From an uncultured Solirubrobacteraceae bacterium (GTDB taxonomy: Bacteria > Actinomycetota > Thermoleophilia > Solirubrobacterales > Solirubrobacteraceae), in assembly GCA_963769565.1 (NCBI GenBank), contig CAVYMP010000010.1:518390-582389 (forward strand): a stretch of 64,000 nucleotides of DNA, given 5' to 3'. Made by a program: the position numbers and the translations under genes. The notes beneath the pieces were generated by a model. That model saw nothing but the letters and a program-made list of their open reading frames with translations. It was not told the DNA's origin and did no database searches. Below are positions 15,488-27,324 of the stretch, in pieces. Each line of letters begins with the position of its first letter. Position 1 is the stretch's first letter.

Positions 15488-16199
15488 GTGTCACGTTCGA
15501 GGTTGTCGAGGATCCGGCGCGCGCCTGCGCGGCCCTGATGGTGGGCGCGGCGATCGGCGGCGGGGAGATCGTTCTCGCCGGCGGTTCCACGCCCAAGGCG
15601 GCCTACGAGCACTTCGTCGACGCGGTCAGGGCGGTCGGACTGAACCTGGCCGGCAGCCGGTTCTGGATGGGGGACGAGCGCTGCGTCGACCCCGACGACG
15701 AGCGCTCCAATTACCGCATGATCAAGGAGACCCTGATCGACCCGCTCGACGGGATCACGACCGTCGACGTCGAGCGCGATACGGGGCGAGCTCGGCCCCG
15801 AACCGGCGGCCGACGACTACGAGCAGCGGCTGCGGGCGGCCGGCCCGCCGAAGCTTCGATCTCGTGCTGCTGGGCATCGGGCCCGACGGCCACACGGCGT
15901 CGCTGTTTCCCGGTCAGCCGTCGCTCGCCGAGCGCACGCGGCTGGTCGTCGGCGTCCCCGAGGCGGGCCTCGAGCCGTTCGTCCCGCGCGTCACGCTCAC
16001 GATTCCGGCGCTCACCTCCAGCCAGCGGATCGTGTTCCTGGCCTCCGGGGAGTCCAAGGCGGACGCGATCGCCGAGGCCTTCGGGCCCGACGCCGATCCC
16101 GACCCGGCCGTTCCCGCATCGCTGCTCGTCCCCGACGCCAAGCAGATCACCGTGTTGCTCGATCGCGCCGCCGCCCAGCGGCTCGGTCCCGAGGTCTGA
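15484..16199 (+). CDS. pgl: 6-phosphogluconolactonase, frameshifted
   Basis: LAGGSTP, GDERCV, SNY, LGIGPDGHTASLFP and RVTLT. Confidence 0.9.
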
Positions 16200-16206
16200 C
16201 CGCGTC

Positions 16207-17195
16207 ATGACCGATGTGATCGGCGTCGATCTCGGCGGGACGAAGATCGCCGTCGCCCGCCTGGCCGGACGCGAGCTGGCCGACTCCACGCTCGCCCCGA
16301 CGAATTGCGACAGCGCCGATGCGCTGATCGACCAGCTGGTGGGGCTCGTCCAGGACTGCCGCGGCGCCGAGCTCGACGGCGTCGGCATCGGCGTCCCTCG
16401 GTGGTCGAACTTCGAGAAGGGGCGGGTCGTCTCCTCGGTCAACATCCCGCTCGTCGACGTCCCGCTGCGCGAGGTGCTCGGCGAGCGGCTGGGGGTGCCG
16501 GTGTTCGTCGACAACGACGCCACCGTCGCCGCCCTGGCCGAGGCCCACGACGAGGACCTGAACATGGTCGCCCGCGACCTCGTGATGCTGACGATCGGAA
16601 CCGGCGTGGGCGGCGGGCTCGTGCTCGACGGGCGGATCTACCGCGGGGCCACCGGCGGGGCCGGCGAGCTCGGCCACACGCTCGTCGGCATGGACCTCAG
16701 CGGTCCGGTTCCGCCCGCGGGCAAGTTCCCGCAGCCCGGCTCGCTGGAGGCCGCCGCCGCCGGGCACGCCCTCGATGGTCTGGTGTGCGGGTTTGCCGGC
16801 GAGCAGCCCGAGTCGGCGCTCGGCCGGCGGTACGCCAGCCGGCGAGAAGCTCACCGGCGTCGAGGCGGTGAAGGCCGCCCAGGCCGGCGACCCCGACGCC
16901 GCGCGGCTGATCGAGCTGTGGGGCGAGCGCGTGGGAATCGGGGTGGCCAACGTCGATCAACACCTTCGATCCCAAGGAGGTGGTGATCGGCGGCGGCGCC
17001 GCGCGCGCCGGTGACCTCCTGCTCGAGCCCGCCCGGCGGACGGCGTCCGCCTACGTCCTGCCCGGCCTGGGCACCGAGACGACGATCCGCCTCGCCCGCC
17101 ACGGGGTGCAGGCCGGCGTCCTCGGGGCGGCGCTGCTGGCCGTCCACGAGCTCGCGCGGGTCGACTCGCCGTCGCCGACCGAGGTGGCGCGGTGA
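16207..17195 (+). CDS. ROK-family sugar kinase (glucokinase-like), frameshifted
   Basis: GVDLGGTK, DNDA, TIGTGVGGG and GELGH; no HTH. Confidence 0.87.
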
Positions 17196-17665
17196 TCGTC
17201 GCCTGCGGGTTCGACCACGCCGGCTACGTGCTGCGCGAACGTCTGCTCGGGGTGATCGCCGCCGGCGGGCACGAGGTCCTGGACTTCGGGACCGATCGCC
17301 CCGACCCGATCGACTACCCCGACAAGGCGCTCGAGGTGGGGCACGCCGTCGCCTCGGGACGGGCGCAGCGCGGGCATCATCGTGTGCGGCTCGGGGGCCG
17401 GCGTGTCGGTGGCCGCCTGCAAGATCCGCGGGGTCCGCGCGGCGACGATCCATGACACCTACACCGCCCACCAGGGCGTCGAGCACGACGATGTCAACGT
17501 GCTCTGCCTGGGCGGCCGCGTGATCGGCGTCGAGGTGGCGGCGCAGATCGTCGTCGCCTTCCTGGCCGCTCGCGTCTCCGACGAGGAGCGCCACGTCCGC
17601 CGCCGCGCCAAGGTCGACGAGATCGAGCGCACCGGCGGCGACGTCGGGTCGCTCGTCGGTCTGAG
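17192..17665 (+). CDS. rpiB: Ribose-5-phosphate isomerase B; 3' end approximate
   Basis: [26 protein letters not shown] and RHVRR. Confidence 0.9.
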
Positions 17666-17671
17666 GGCGGC

Positions 17672-18250
17672 GTGGCCGGCGCGGATCTTCATCGTGCGCC
17701 ACGGCGAGACCGAGTGGAGCGCGAACGGCAAGCACACGAGCGTCACCGATCTGCCGCTGACCGAGAACGGACGCGACGCAGGCGGCGATCGCCGCCGAGA
17801 AACTGACCGGCGAGCAGTTCGAGCTCGTCCTCTGCAGCCCGCGGCTGCGCGCTCGCGAGACGGCGCAGATCGCCGGCTTCGGCGAGACGGCCGAGCTGTG
17901 CGACGACATCGTCGAGTGGGACTACGGCGAGTACGAGGGGCTCACCTCTCCCGAGATCTGGGAGCGCCACGATCCCAACTGGAACCTGTGGCGCGACGGC
18001 TGTCCGGGCGGCGAGTCGCCGGCGCAGGTCGGCGCCCGCGTCGACCGCGTGCTCCAGCGGTTCGCGGCGGTCGACGGCGACGGGCTGGCGTTCGCCCACG
18101 GCCACATCCTGCGGGTGCTGACCGCGCGCTGGTGCGAGATGGAGGTGGCCGCCGGGGCGCACTTCAAGCTGGCCACGGCGGCGATCGGCGTCCTCGGTCA
18201 CGAGCGCGCGACGACCGACGATCGACCGGTGGAGCGTATGACACTTGTCA
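17672..18250 (+). CDS. Histidine phosphatase family protein, frameshifted; ends approximate
   Basis: [17 protein letters not shown] and AHGHILR. Confidence 0.85.
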
Positions 18251-18311
18251 TGGGCGATTTGGGCCGCGCGCCACTTACCGCGCGAGTCCGGCCGAGCCTA
18301 CGCTGCCGGGC

Positions 18312-19286
18312 ATGAGTTCACATGCGACAATTCACAATCACGGCCCCGCCATCGAGGTGCGCGATCTCCGGCGCTCGTACGGCGAGACGCAGGCGGTGCG
18401 CGGGGTGAGCTTCGACGTCGCGCGCGGCGAGGTGTTCTGCCTGCTCGGCCCCAACGGCGCCGGCAAGACGACGATCGTCGAGATCCTGGAGGGGTACCGC
18501 TCCCGCTCGGCGGGTGAGGCGCGGGTCCTGGGGATCGATCCCGCGACCGGCGCCCGCGAGCTGCGCGAGCAGGTGGGGATCGTGCTGCAGCAGTGCGGCG
18601 TGCAGGCCGACCTCTCGGTGCGCGAGCTGGTCGAGATGTACGGCCGGTATCACCTGCGCCAGCGGCCGGTCGACGAGGTCATCGAGCTCGTCGAGCTGAC
18701 CGACAAGCGCGACGTGCGCGCCAAGCAGCTCTCCGGTGGCCAGCGTCGCCGTCTGGACCTGGCCCTCGCCCTCGTCGGCGACCCGGAGCTGATCTTCCTC
18801 GACGAGCCGACCACCGGCTTTGATCCGGCGGCGCGCCGCCAGGCCTGGTCGACGATCCGGTCGCTGTGCGAGCTCGGCAAGACCATCTTCTTGACAACCC
18901 ACTTCATGGACGAGGCTCAGCATCTCGCCGACCGCGTGGCCATCATGCGCAACGGCGAGATCATCGCCTCGGGCCGTCCCGAGGAGCTGGGCGGTCGCGA
19001 TCTGCGGCCGGCCGAGATCCGGTTCTCGCTGCCGCGGACGATCGCGCTCGGTGACGTGCCGCCGGTGCCGTGCGAGAGCCGGACGCTGGACGGTGAGCGC
19101 GTGCTGGTGGTGACGCGCGAGCCGGTGCGGGCCGCGCAGATCCTCACCACCTGGGCGTTGGAGCGAGACGCGGATATCGGCCATTTCTCCGTCACCCAGC
19201 CCACGCTCGAGGACATCTACCTGGAGCTCACGGGTGGGGGAGAGCAGAATTCGGTGTCGCAGTCGGAGGAGGTCGTCGCATCATGA
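18312..19286 (+). CDS. ABC transporter ATP-binding protein
   Basis: [21 protein letters not shown] and TTH. Confidence 0.93.
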   Translation: MSSHATIHNHGPAIEVRDLRRSYGETQAVRGVSFDVARGEVFCLLGPNGAGKTTIVEILEGYRSRSAGEARVLGIDPATGARELREQVGIVLQQCGVQADLSVRELVEMYGRYHLRQRPVDEVIELVELTDKRDVRAKQLSGGQRRRLDLALALVGDPELIFLDEPTTGFDPAARRQAWSTIRSLCELGKTIFLTTHFMDEAQHLADRVAIMRNGEIIASGRPEELGGRDLRPAEIRFSLPRTIALGDVPPVPCESRTLDGERVLVVTREPVRAAQILTTWALERDADIGHFSVTQPTLEDIYLELTGGGEQNSVSQSEEVVAS

Positions 19287-20086
19287 GTACGGTCAGTCAA
19301 TCCACGTTCGCCCGCGACCTCGGTCTGGTCGGCTGGCAGATCCGCTACGAGCAGCGCTCGTACTGGCGCAACCGCGGACGGGGCGTGTTCACGTTCGTGT
19401 TCCCGCTGATGTTCCTGGTGATCTTCGCCAGCCTCGACAAGGGCCAGCACATCTCCGAGCGGGGTGGGATCCCCTACAACGACTTCCTCGTGCCGGGGAT
19501 CCTCGCCTATTCGGTGATCACGACGACGTTCGTCAACCTGGCGATGAGCACCGCCATCCTGCGCGACAACGGCATCCTCAAGCGGATGCAGGGCACGCCG
19601 CTGCCCCGCTGGGCGTACGTCACCGCGCGCATCGGGTCGACCTGCCTGGTCACGCTCGTGATCAGCGTCACCGTGATCGTGGGCGGCGTGCTCATCTGGG
19701 GTCTGCACTTCCGCGCGGGCGCGCTGCCGGGCCTCGTCGTGACGATGGTGCTGGGGACGGCGGCCTTCACGGCGCTCGGAATCGGGCTCACCCGCCTCAT
19801 CCCCAACGCCGAGAGCGGGCCGGTGGTCGTCAACCTGCTGATCCTGCCGCTGACCTTCATCTCGAACATCTGGTTTCCGACCGATTCGCTGCCGTCGGCG
19901 CTGAAGTCGATCGCCGGGGTGTTCCCGATCAGGGCGCTGGCCAACGGGCTGCAGTTCGTCTTCGATCCCCGGCGACACGGCGCCGGCTTTGACGGCGCCA
20001 GCCTCCGCGTCCTCGCCATCTGGACGGTCATCGGCGTCGTGATGATGGTCAAGTTCCTGCGCCAGCCTCAGGGGGAGGTGGCGTGA
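19283..20086 (+). CDS. ABC-2 type permease
   Basis: About 6 TM helices; [13 protein letters not shown]; start overlaps the ATPase stop. Confidence 0.9.
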   Translation: MSTVSQSTFARDLGLVGWQIRYEQRSYWRNRGRGVFTFVFPLMFLVIFASLDKGQHISERGGIPYNDFLVPGILAYSVITTTFVNLAMSTAILRDNGILKRMQGTPLPRWAYVTARIGSTCLVTLVISVTVIVGGVLIWGLHFRAGALPGLVVTMVLGTAAFTALGIGLTRLIPNAESGPVVVNLLILPLTFISNIWFPTDSLPSALKSIAGVFPIRALANGLQFVFDPRRHGAGFDGASLRVLAIWTVIGVVMMVKFLRQPQGEVA

Positions 20087-21274
20087 CCGACGGCGCATGC
20101 GGCCGTTCTCCGGCCTGCGTCCTCCGGCCGGCGCCGACCGGCCGCCGCCGGAGGACCCGTGGCACGCCGGGCGCCGCTGAGCCGCCGCCGGGCGATGATC
20201 AGCCTCGTCTGGCTGGGCTTCATCGTCGCTCCGCTCGTCGATGCCATCGGCCATGGCGGGCACGGGCTCGGCTATGGCTGACGATCGCCGCGGCCGCCGT
20301 CTTCGCCGCCTGCTACGTCTGGCTCGTCTTCATCTGGGTCGAGGATCGCCGGCGCTGGCGAGCCTGGGTGCTGGCGGCTCTGCTCACCGCTGGCGATCGC
20401 CCTGACGGTCCTCAGCCGCTCCTCCTGGGGCTACCTGTTCTCCTACGTGGCGGCCTGCACGGCGCTGGTCGTGCCCTCGGGCTGGAGCTTTCCGGCGGTC
20501 CTCGTCATCGGCGGCGGTCGCTGGGGGCGACGGCGCTGGGCGGCGGCGACGCGGGCGCGGCCGCCGGTTACGCGATCAGCGCCGTCGGGGTCGGGCTGCT
20601 GCTGTCGCTCATGCGCGACCTGCGCACCCGCAACCAGGAGCTGACCGAGGCCCGGGCCGAGCTGGCCCGCACCGCGGTCGCCGCCGAGCGCGAGCGCTTC
20701 GCCCGCGACCTGCACGACCTGCTCGGCCACAGCCTGTCGGTGATCGCGATCAAGGCGGAGCTGGCCGGGCGGCTGCTGCCCGATCGTGTCGACGAGGCCG
20801 CGGGGAGATCCGCGACGTCGAGCAGGTTGCCCGCCAGGCGCTCAGCGAGGTGCGCGAGGCGGTCAGCGGCTATCGCCAGCCGACGCTGGCCGGGGAGATG
20901 GAGGGCGCGCGGATCGCGCTCTCGGCCGCCGGGATCATCGCCGAGTTCGAGCGCTCGCCGGTCACGCTCGATCCCGACGTGGAGGCGGTGCTGGCCTGGG
21001 CGGTGCGCGAGGGGGCGACGAACGTGATCCGCCACAGCGGCGCGTCGCGCTGCCAGGTCCGGGTCGCTGGCCGGGCTGGCCGACGCGGAGGTGGAGGTCG
21101 TCGATGACGGCGGCGGTGGCTGGTCGCTGGGGCGGACGACGGCGGGCAACGGGCTGGTCGGTCTGCGCGAGCGCGCTGAGCGTCTGCGCGGGCGGATCGA
21201 CGCCGGCGCGCTGCCGGACGGCGGCTTCCGGCTGTCGGTGTCGCGTTCCCGTCTCGGCGGCGGGCGCGTCATGA
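20083..21274 (+). CDS. DesK-like sensor histidine kinase (HisKA_3), frameshifted
   Basis: ERERFARDLHDLLGHSL, VREGATNVIRHS, DDG and GNGLVGLRER. Confidence 0.88.
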
Positions 21275-21877
21275 TCCGGGTGCTGATCGCCGAGGACCAG
21301 GGGATGGTCCGCGGCGCGCTGGCCAGCCTGCTGTCGCTGGAGCACGACATCGAGGTGGTCGCCCAGGTTGCCCGGGGCGACGAGGTGCTGGCGGCGGCGC
21401 TGGCGGCTCAGCCCGACATCGCGCTGCTGGACATCGAGATGCCCGGGGCAGACGGGGCTGGACGCGGCCGAGGAGCTGGCCGCGGCGCTGCCCTCCTGCC
21501 GGGTGTTGATCCTGACGACGTTCGGCCGCCCCGGGTATCTGCGCCGGGCGATGGAGGGCGGAGCATCGGGTTTTCTGCTGAAGGACGCGCCGGCCAGCGA
21601 GCTGGCGTCCGCCATCCGCCGCGCCCTCACCGGCGAGCGGGTCGTCGACCCCGGCCTGGCCGCGGCCGCGCTGTCGCAGGGCGAGTGCCCGCTGACCCCG
21701 CGCGAGCACGAGGTGCTGGCCGCCTCCCGCGATCATGCCACCGTCGCCGAGCTGGCCAAGGCGCTCTACCTGTCACACGGGACGGTGCGCAACCACCTGT
21801 CCTCGGTGATGCAGAAGCTCGATGCCCGCAACCGCGCCGAGGCGGTCCGGCTGGCCGAGGAGCGCGGCTGGCTGTGA
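21271..21877 (+). CDS. DesR/NarL-family response regulator, one frameshift
   Basis: IAEDQ, LDIEMP, LTTFGRPG, LTPRE and GTVRNHLS. Confidence 0.92.
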
Positions 21878-21985
21878 GCCGGGGCTCGATGACGTGCCCA
21901 GGGACCGTTCGAAACGTGATGGGTAGGTCCGGGGCAGGGGGCCGATCCTGGCAGCTATTTGTCCTGAATCCGCCACCGCCTCCGC

Positions 21986-22604
21986 TCAGAGGGCGTGCGC
22001 CGCGTTCGGTGGCCGGCGGGCTGCTCTTGTGGGTCGGCACCCGACCGGTTCACCGCGCTCAACGGCTAGACGAGCGCGGGCTGGCCCGACGGGTTGGTGC
22101 CCGGTCGGCGGCGAGGAGGTGGCGGTGGCATCGGCACGGGGAGACCGCGCCCGGCGTGCTCTTGCGGGCCAGCCAGGTGACGAACGCCACCGTCTGGCCG
22201 TGGCACCAGGGATTGCTGCGGGCCACCTGCGCCGCGTAGCCCCGGCACGGGCGCAGTTGGACAGCGTCGAGCCTTTGAACCTGGTCGAGATGCTCTCGAT
22301 TCCGGCCACCGATCGCGCCCAATCCACGCACAGCCGGGCGCGCCATGCCGTCACCCGCGGCGGGGCGCGCGTGTCGACGATCTCGGAGGCCAGACGCGAA
22401 CAGCTCCTGGCGCAGATCATCCGGCAGCCCGTCGTTGTAACTCTGCAGGAACTCCCGCAGTGCCGGGCAGACCGATCGCGGCCGATCGCTGAACGGCTCG
22501 GCGTTGAGCATCGAGGCCAGCTCGAGCACGCACGCGCCGTCGTGCGGCGCTGCATGCGAACCGGCGCTCAACCTGACGGTCTGGTGCGTGCCTATCGACT
22601 CCAT
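21986..22604 (-). CDS. Hypothetical protein, frameshifted; 3' end approximate
   Basis: GSH...GACVLELASML..EPFSDRP.SVCP motif; function unknown. Confidence 0.55.
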
Positions 22605-22677
22605 CGAAAGAGCACGTTCGAAGCTACCAAAGACAGTCGGTTTGAGGAGGTTCTGGTCAGCGCCGACGGCGCTCTGA

Positions 22678-22761
22678 TGCGGCTGAGAGGATTCGAACCT
22701 CCACGCCCGTGAGGGCACGGCGACCTGAACGCCGCGTGTATACCAGTTTCACCACAGCCGC
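22678..22761 (-). tRNA. tRNA-Leu(CAG)
   Basis: Reverse complement GCGGCTGTGGTGAAACTGGTATACACGCGGCGTTCAGGTCGCCG...GGAGGTTCGAATCCTCTCAGCCGCA; long variable arm. Confidence 0.95.
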
Positions 22762-23020
22762 GGGAGCGTTGAAGTTAGCAACCTTCGACCTCCCGCAGAT
22801 ACCCGATCGCCAGTCGACAGCGCGACTCGATGGCGGCCGCGTCTGACGTCGACCTGAGATCCGTGCGCGTGCGGTGCGTCGTGCGACGCCCGAGCATCGA
22901 GCTCGTTCGCGGTTCGCCGCTCGATGCACCGCTTCTGCGAGATCAGGGAGATCATGAGCCACGCTAAGCTGATCAACGCTGACCGGTTGGTGTGCGATTT
23001 TGCCTGCCACCAGCGTCCCC

Positions 23021-23093
23021 GCCGCTATCGTCTAGGGGACTAGGACGCCGCCCTCTCACGGCGGAAACCCGGGTTCGAATCCCGGTAGCGGTA
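23021..23093 (+). tRNA. tRNA-Glu(CTC)
   Basis: GCCGCTATCGTCTAGGGGACTAGGACGCCGCCCTCTCACGGCGGAAACCCGGGTTCGAATCCCGGTAGCGGTA folds as a cloverleaf. Confidence 0.95.
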
Positions 23094-23133
23094 CTAACGA
23101 AGTGCCTGCAAACGACGCAGTTTTGGTCCTCTA

Positions 23134-23155
23134 TGGTGGCCAATTGGTGGCCAAT
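23134..23155. repeat. Tandem 11-bp repeat TGGTGGCCAAT x2, possible integrase arm-type site
   Basis: Exact tandem repeat 40 bp downstream of tRNA-Glu. Confidence 0.55.
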
Positions 23156-23347
23156 TCGCCTCGTACGAAGACGGCGGGGGCCGCTCCCGGTACCGAGCAG
23201 TCAGCGGTTCGACGTCTGCCGCAGCCCGGGAACAAGAGGCCCGCCGGAGCCGTCGACGGCCGGTGAGACCATCGGGAACATGCCCAGCATCAGCTCCGAT
23301 CGGGCTCCGGCGATGACCACGCGCCACGCCGTCGGAAAGCTCGCAGC

Positions 23348-23959
23348 GTGAACTACGCGCGACGCCAGCAGTACCGCAGGCTGTCGCGAGCCGCGGCGAT
23401 GGCGATGGCGAGCGCCGGGACCGGACTACTGGCGCTGGCCGCCATCGGGGTGGGAGCGATCTCAGCCGCCGGAGTCCTGCTCGTCCTCGCTCTCGGGTCT
23501 GGCCTCTACGCTCGCCACTGGATATCGCTCGCCGGGCGCAGCCGCGTGGGTGCTCGCTCGGAGGATGAGGTCCGGCGCGCGCTCGAGCATCTTCAGGCGG
23601 AAGGGTGGCGGCTCCGGCACTCGCTGCCGTGGCGAGGCCGGGGGGACATCGACTCCCTGGCGATCGCGCCCACCCGAGTTGCGTTCGCCATCGAGACCAA
23701 GACGAGGAGCTACGACGATCGCCATCTCGCCCGGGTGCGGGAACAGGCGGCGTGGCTGTCGCGCTGGCGTCGGCGGTGGTGTCGGCGCGGCGCCGTGCCG
23801 GTGGTCTGCCTCGTTCGCCCGCGTGGCGTCGAGCGGGTCGAGCACGGCGTCCTCGTGATCTCGGTCGATCGGCTGATCCCCGTGCTGCGAAGGTGCGGCT
23901 TCAGCCAGCGCACTGCGGTCACGCGCAGACGCAGGCTCTTCAATCAGCGCGGCGCCTGA
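23348..23959 (+). CDS. Membrane-anchored NERD-domain (PD-(D/E)xK) protein
   Basis: Two N-terminal TM helices; GARSEDEV, LRHSL, GDIDSL and AIETK. Confidence 0.8.
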   Translation: MNYARRQQYRRLSRAAAMAMASAGTGLLALAAIGVGAISAAGVLLVLALGSGLYARHWISLAGRSRVGARSEDEVRRALEHLQAEGWRLRHSLPWRGRGDIDSLAIAPTRVAFAIETKTRSYDDRHLARVREQAAWLSRWRRRWCRRGAVPVVCLVRPRGVERVEHGVLVISVDRLIPVLRRCGFSQRTAVTRRRRLFNQRGA

Positions 23960-24086
23960 GCCGAGTGCATAGAGGCCGCCCGGCTGACGGAGCGTCCGGA
24001 GGAGTTCCCTTCGTACCGCGCATTCCGGAACTCGAGCCGAACGGTCTGAATGCTCGTCGCAGCTATGAACCGGGTCGTCTTCGCGG

Positions 24087-24500
24087 TCAGGCCTGGTCGT
24101 GAAACGACGGGATGTGCGAGATCCCGATAATGGCGCCCTCGGGTGACTGCAGCCTGGCCACGGTTTGGCCCCACGGCTCCTCGCGTGGCTCATGCAGCAG
24201 CTCGTAGCCGGCTTGCTCGAGCTCGCGTGCCGCTGAGGTGACTGATCGGGCGTTCGCGACGTCGAACTCGAGACTGGTCTGTGGTGTCGGCCGGTCGGTC
24301 GGCCATTGTGATGTTCCAAAAGCAGGCCTCAGCCGCCTGGAACAGCGGCCAAATGCCGAAGGACTTGCAGCCGGCGAGCTGTTCGCTGTGGAGGTACTCG
24401 TCGCCCTCGAGCGGCAGAGCGAGCGTGTCGAGGTACAGCCTTCGGCTGGCGGGCGGATCGGGCGTGATCGCTGCCACGGTCGATAGGAACTTGATGTCCA
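24087..24500 (-). CDS. VOC/glyoxalase family protein, frameshifted
   Basis: LEFDV, LLHEPREEPWGQTVARLQSPEG and N-terminal SRRLYLDTLALPL. Confidence 0.78.
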   Translation of the reverse strand, partial: WTSSSYRPWQRSRPIRPPAEGCTSTRSLCRSRATSTSTANSSPAASPSAFGRCSRRLRPAFGTSQWPTDRPTPQTSLEFDVANARSVTSAARELEQAGYELLHEPREEPWGQTVARLQSPEGAIIGISHIPSFHDQA

Positions 24501-25901
24501 TGCCACCTCCTCGCTTCGGGTCTACGTGCACGACGATGCAACCAGGCTCCCGCAACCCGCGCATTGCGCGAGCCACACCACGAGCAGGTAAAGACCTTTT
24601 TGTGTGAAAGCAGGGCCGTCGTGCCTCCCCTACGTTGAGACCGTGGCCTGTCCGGCTGCCCGAGGCGGCAGCCCACGGTTCAGGTCGGCTGCATCGCTGG
24701 CGGCGGCCCCGGACAGCCCGCCGACATCGCTCGCGCCAGCCTGAACGAGCGGATGGCGTGCTCGTAACCTCTAAGTAGGACATGGAGCTCTACTTCTCGC
24801 AGTACTTCGACGTCGATCCGGACCTGCTCGAGGAGTATGGGGCGCTCGACATCAGCCTCGTCTCAGACCTACCGCTGTTCGTCGATCCGTTCCTGCTGTT
24901 TAACAGCGACGATGCCGAGTACCAGGGCCTGCACGAGGAGATCCTGCGTTACCTGAAGTTCCTGCGCGACCTTGCGGCCGACGGGCACCTCGATAAGGGA
25001 TTGATCGACAGCCTCTACCGATTCCAGGAGGTCAAGCAGAACTGGCTTGGCTTCACGTTCTTTGGCAACGGCGGTGCAGGCCTCGGCAACGACTTCGCCA
25101 TGGCGCTCCACGGCGCACTCGGCGCCATCCTGTCCGGCTTCGGGGAGGAGAAGATCACCCGCGGCAGTCACCTCGAGAAGCTCTGCCTGATCACGTCCGG
25201 CGTCGGTGCCGACAAGATCAGCGACTTCACAACGAACCTGATCAAGCGCTACCTCTGCAGGTACACCGAGGCGTTCGGGCGCGAACACATCGATGAGGAC
25301 AGCTGCGACCTGTTCGCGGTGCCACGGGCCGTCTTCAACTACGACACCAAGACCTGGGCTACTAAGAAGTACTTCTTGCCGCGGCTCGGAGATGACTTCG
25401 TCCTCCTTACGCCGCTCGACATGCTCACGCGTGACGACACGTGGATCAGCCAGGGGGACATGATCAACAAGTTCCCGCAGCTGCCGGCCGCGGTGCCAAA
25501 CGCGCAACTGCGCGCGCAGATCAACCAGTACTTCAGAGACAAGCTCGGCCGGGATCCCAACGCTAAGCGCAGGCGGCAGGCGGCGAGCGAAACAATCATG
25601 CGGTTCCCAGAGCTGATCGATCGCTACATCAGACTGCAAGAGGAAAACGGCGACGCAGCGGAGTCGGTGAGTTCCTCGAAGGTCGACGACACGAAACGTG
25701 TCCTGATCGAGCAGATGAAGAAGGCGATCAGCGACCTCGAGGGCAGAACCGAGTTCTACGACAAGCCGTGGACCAGCTACGACGAATGCCTGGCGCGGGC
25801 GAAGTACTTCAAGACGTACATCGAGGACAACGACGGTTATAGGCTGCTCAACCGCGCCGGGCAGCCGTTCACAACCGAGACCGAGGTGCAGCTGGCATTC
25901 G

Positions 25902-27324
25902 TGACCCGACCCCCTGAGATCGGTCCGGTCTGTGTGAGAGCTTCGATGACCTTGTTGAATGGGTCGAAGGAGCGCATCGATGAAGGGTCGACGTCACACC
26001 CCGGAGCAGGTCGTCCGCAAGTTGCGGGAAGCCGATCGGCTGCTGGGCGAGGGGCAGGAGCTGCCGGAGGTCTGCAAGGTCTTGGAGGTCTCAGAGGCGA
26101 CGTATCACCGTTGGCGGGCACAGTTCGGTGGGCTGAAGGCCGACGATGTCAAGCGCCTGAAGGAGCTCGAGGTCGAGAACGCGCGGCTGAAGCGGATCGT
26201 GGCCGATCAGACCTTGGAGAACGCGGCGTTGCGCGAGGTGAGCCGGGGAAACTGGTGAGCCCGTCGCGCCGGCGCCAGGCGGTCCTGATGCTTCAGGACC
26301 GCCTTGGCCTGTCGGAGCGGCGGGCGTGTCGATATGTCGGTCAGCACCGCTCGACGCAGCGTCACGAGCCGGTGGCGGCTGGTGAGGATCAGGCGTTGCG
26401 CTCTGAGCTGCGTGGGATCTCGCGGGATCGCCCGCGGTGGGGGTATCGCCGCGCGCATCAGCTGCTGCTCGAGCAGGGTTGGCAGGTCAACCGCAAGCGC
26501 ACGCAACGGCTGTGGCGCGAGGAAGGCCTCCGGGTGCCGCAGAAGCGCCGCAAGCGCCAACGGCTCGGCGTGTCAACCGTGCCGGCTGACCGCCTGCGGG
26601 CCGAGCGACCGGATCACGTATGGGCGATCGACTTCCAATGGGACCAGACCGCCGACGGGCACAACCTCAAGCTGCTGCACGTCGTCGACGAGTTCACGCG
26701 CGAAGCGCTGGCGATCGTGTGCCGCCGCCGTATCGACGCTGACCAGACCGTCAACGTGCTCGATCGGCTCGTCGCCGAGCGCGGCAGCACGCCGGCGTTC
26801 GTCCGTTGCGATAACGGGCCGGAGATGACCGCCAACGCGCTGCGTGACTGGTGTCGGTTCTCCGGGGCTGGGAGCGCCTATATCGAGCCGGGGTCGCCGT
26901 GGCAGAACCCCTACGTCGAGAGCTTCGGCGGTCGCGTCCGTGACGAGCTGCTCGCCGTCGAGCTGTTCTCGTGTCTCGCCGAAGCACAGGTGCTTGTCGA
27001 GGACTGGCGCCAGGATTACAACCACCACCGACCGCACTCGTCGCTGGGCATGATGACCCCGGTCGCGTTCGCCGCCAATCTCCGCCAACCGCTGCCCAGA
27101 CCGACAGCAACGGCGGCTGAGGAAGAGGTCGATAGAGGCGGTCGGCTGACCAGCACCACGCCGCCAGCCACCTGCGCCGTCTTCCCAACCGCGCTACGGC
27201 AGAATCCTGCTGAGGACATCACCGCACCCGCCTCGCAAGCCAACAGCCACAGCAGCTACCGTGGCGCAACCACTACACCCACCCAGCTCTCACAACGGGT
27301 GGACCGATGAACGGGGTCCGGTCA
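25902..27324 (+). mobile_element. IS3-family element (IS407-like), 1423 bp, 4-bp target duplication TTCG
   Basis: TG...CA ends; IRL TGACCCGACCCCCTGAGATCGGTCC versus IRR reverse complement TGACCGGACCCCGTTCATCGGTCC; TTCG at 25898-25901 and 27325-27328. Confidence 0.95.
25980..27310 (+). CDS. IS3 transposase OrfA (25980-26258) and OrfB joined by -1 frameshift
   Basis: OrfA HTH; slippery GGGAAAC at 26246-26252; OrfB DDE motifs WAIDF, DNGPE and PWQNPYVESF. Confidence 0.93.

Noticed and set aside
14437-16986. 849-aa OpcA-Pgl-glucokinase fusion in the ORF track
   Set aside because: The ORF runs out of frame through half of pgl; it is best explained by indels joining three adjacent genes
17382-19286. 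634-aa RpiB-phosphatase-ABC ATPase fusion
   Set aside because: The middle is out-of-frame sequence and each part has its own plausible start; an RpiB-phosphatase fusion cannot be supported at this indel rate
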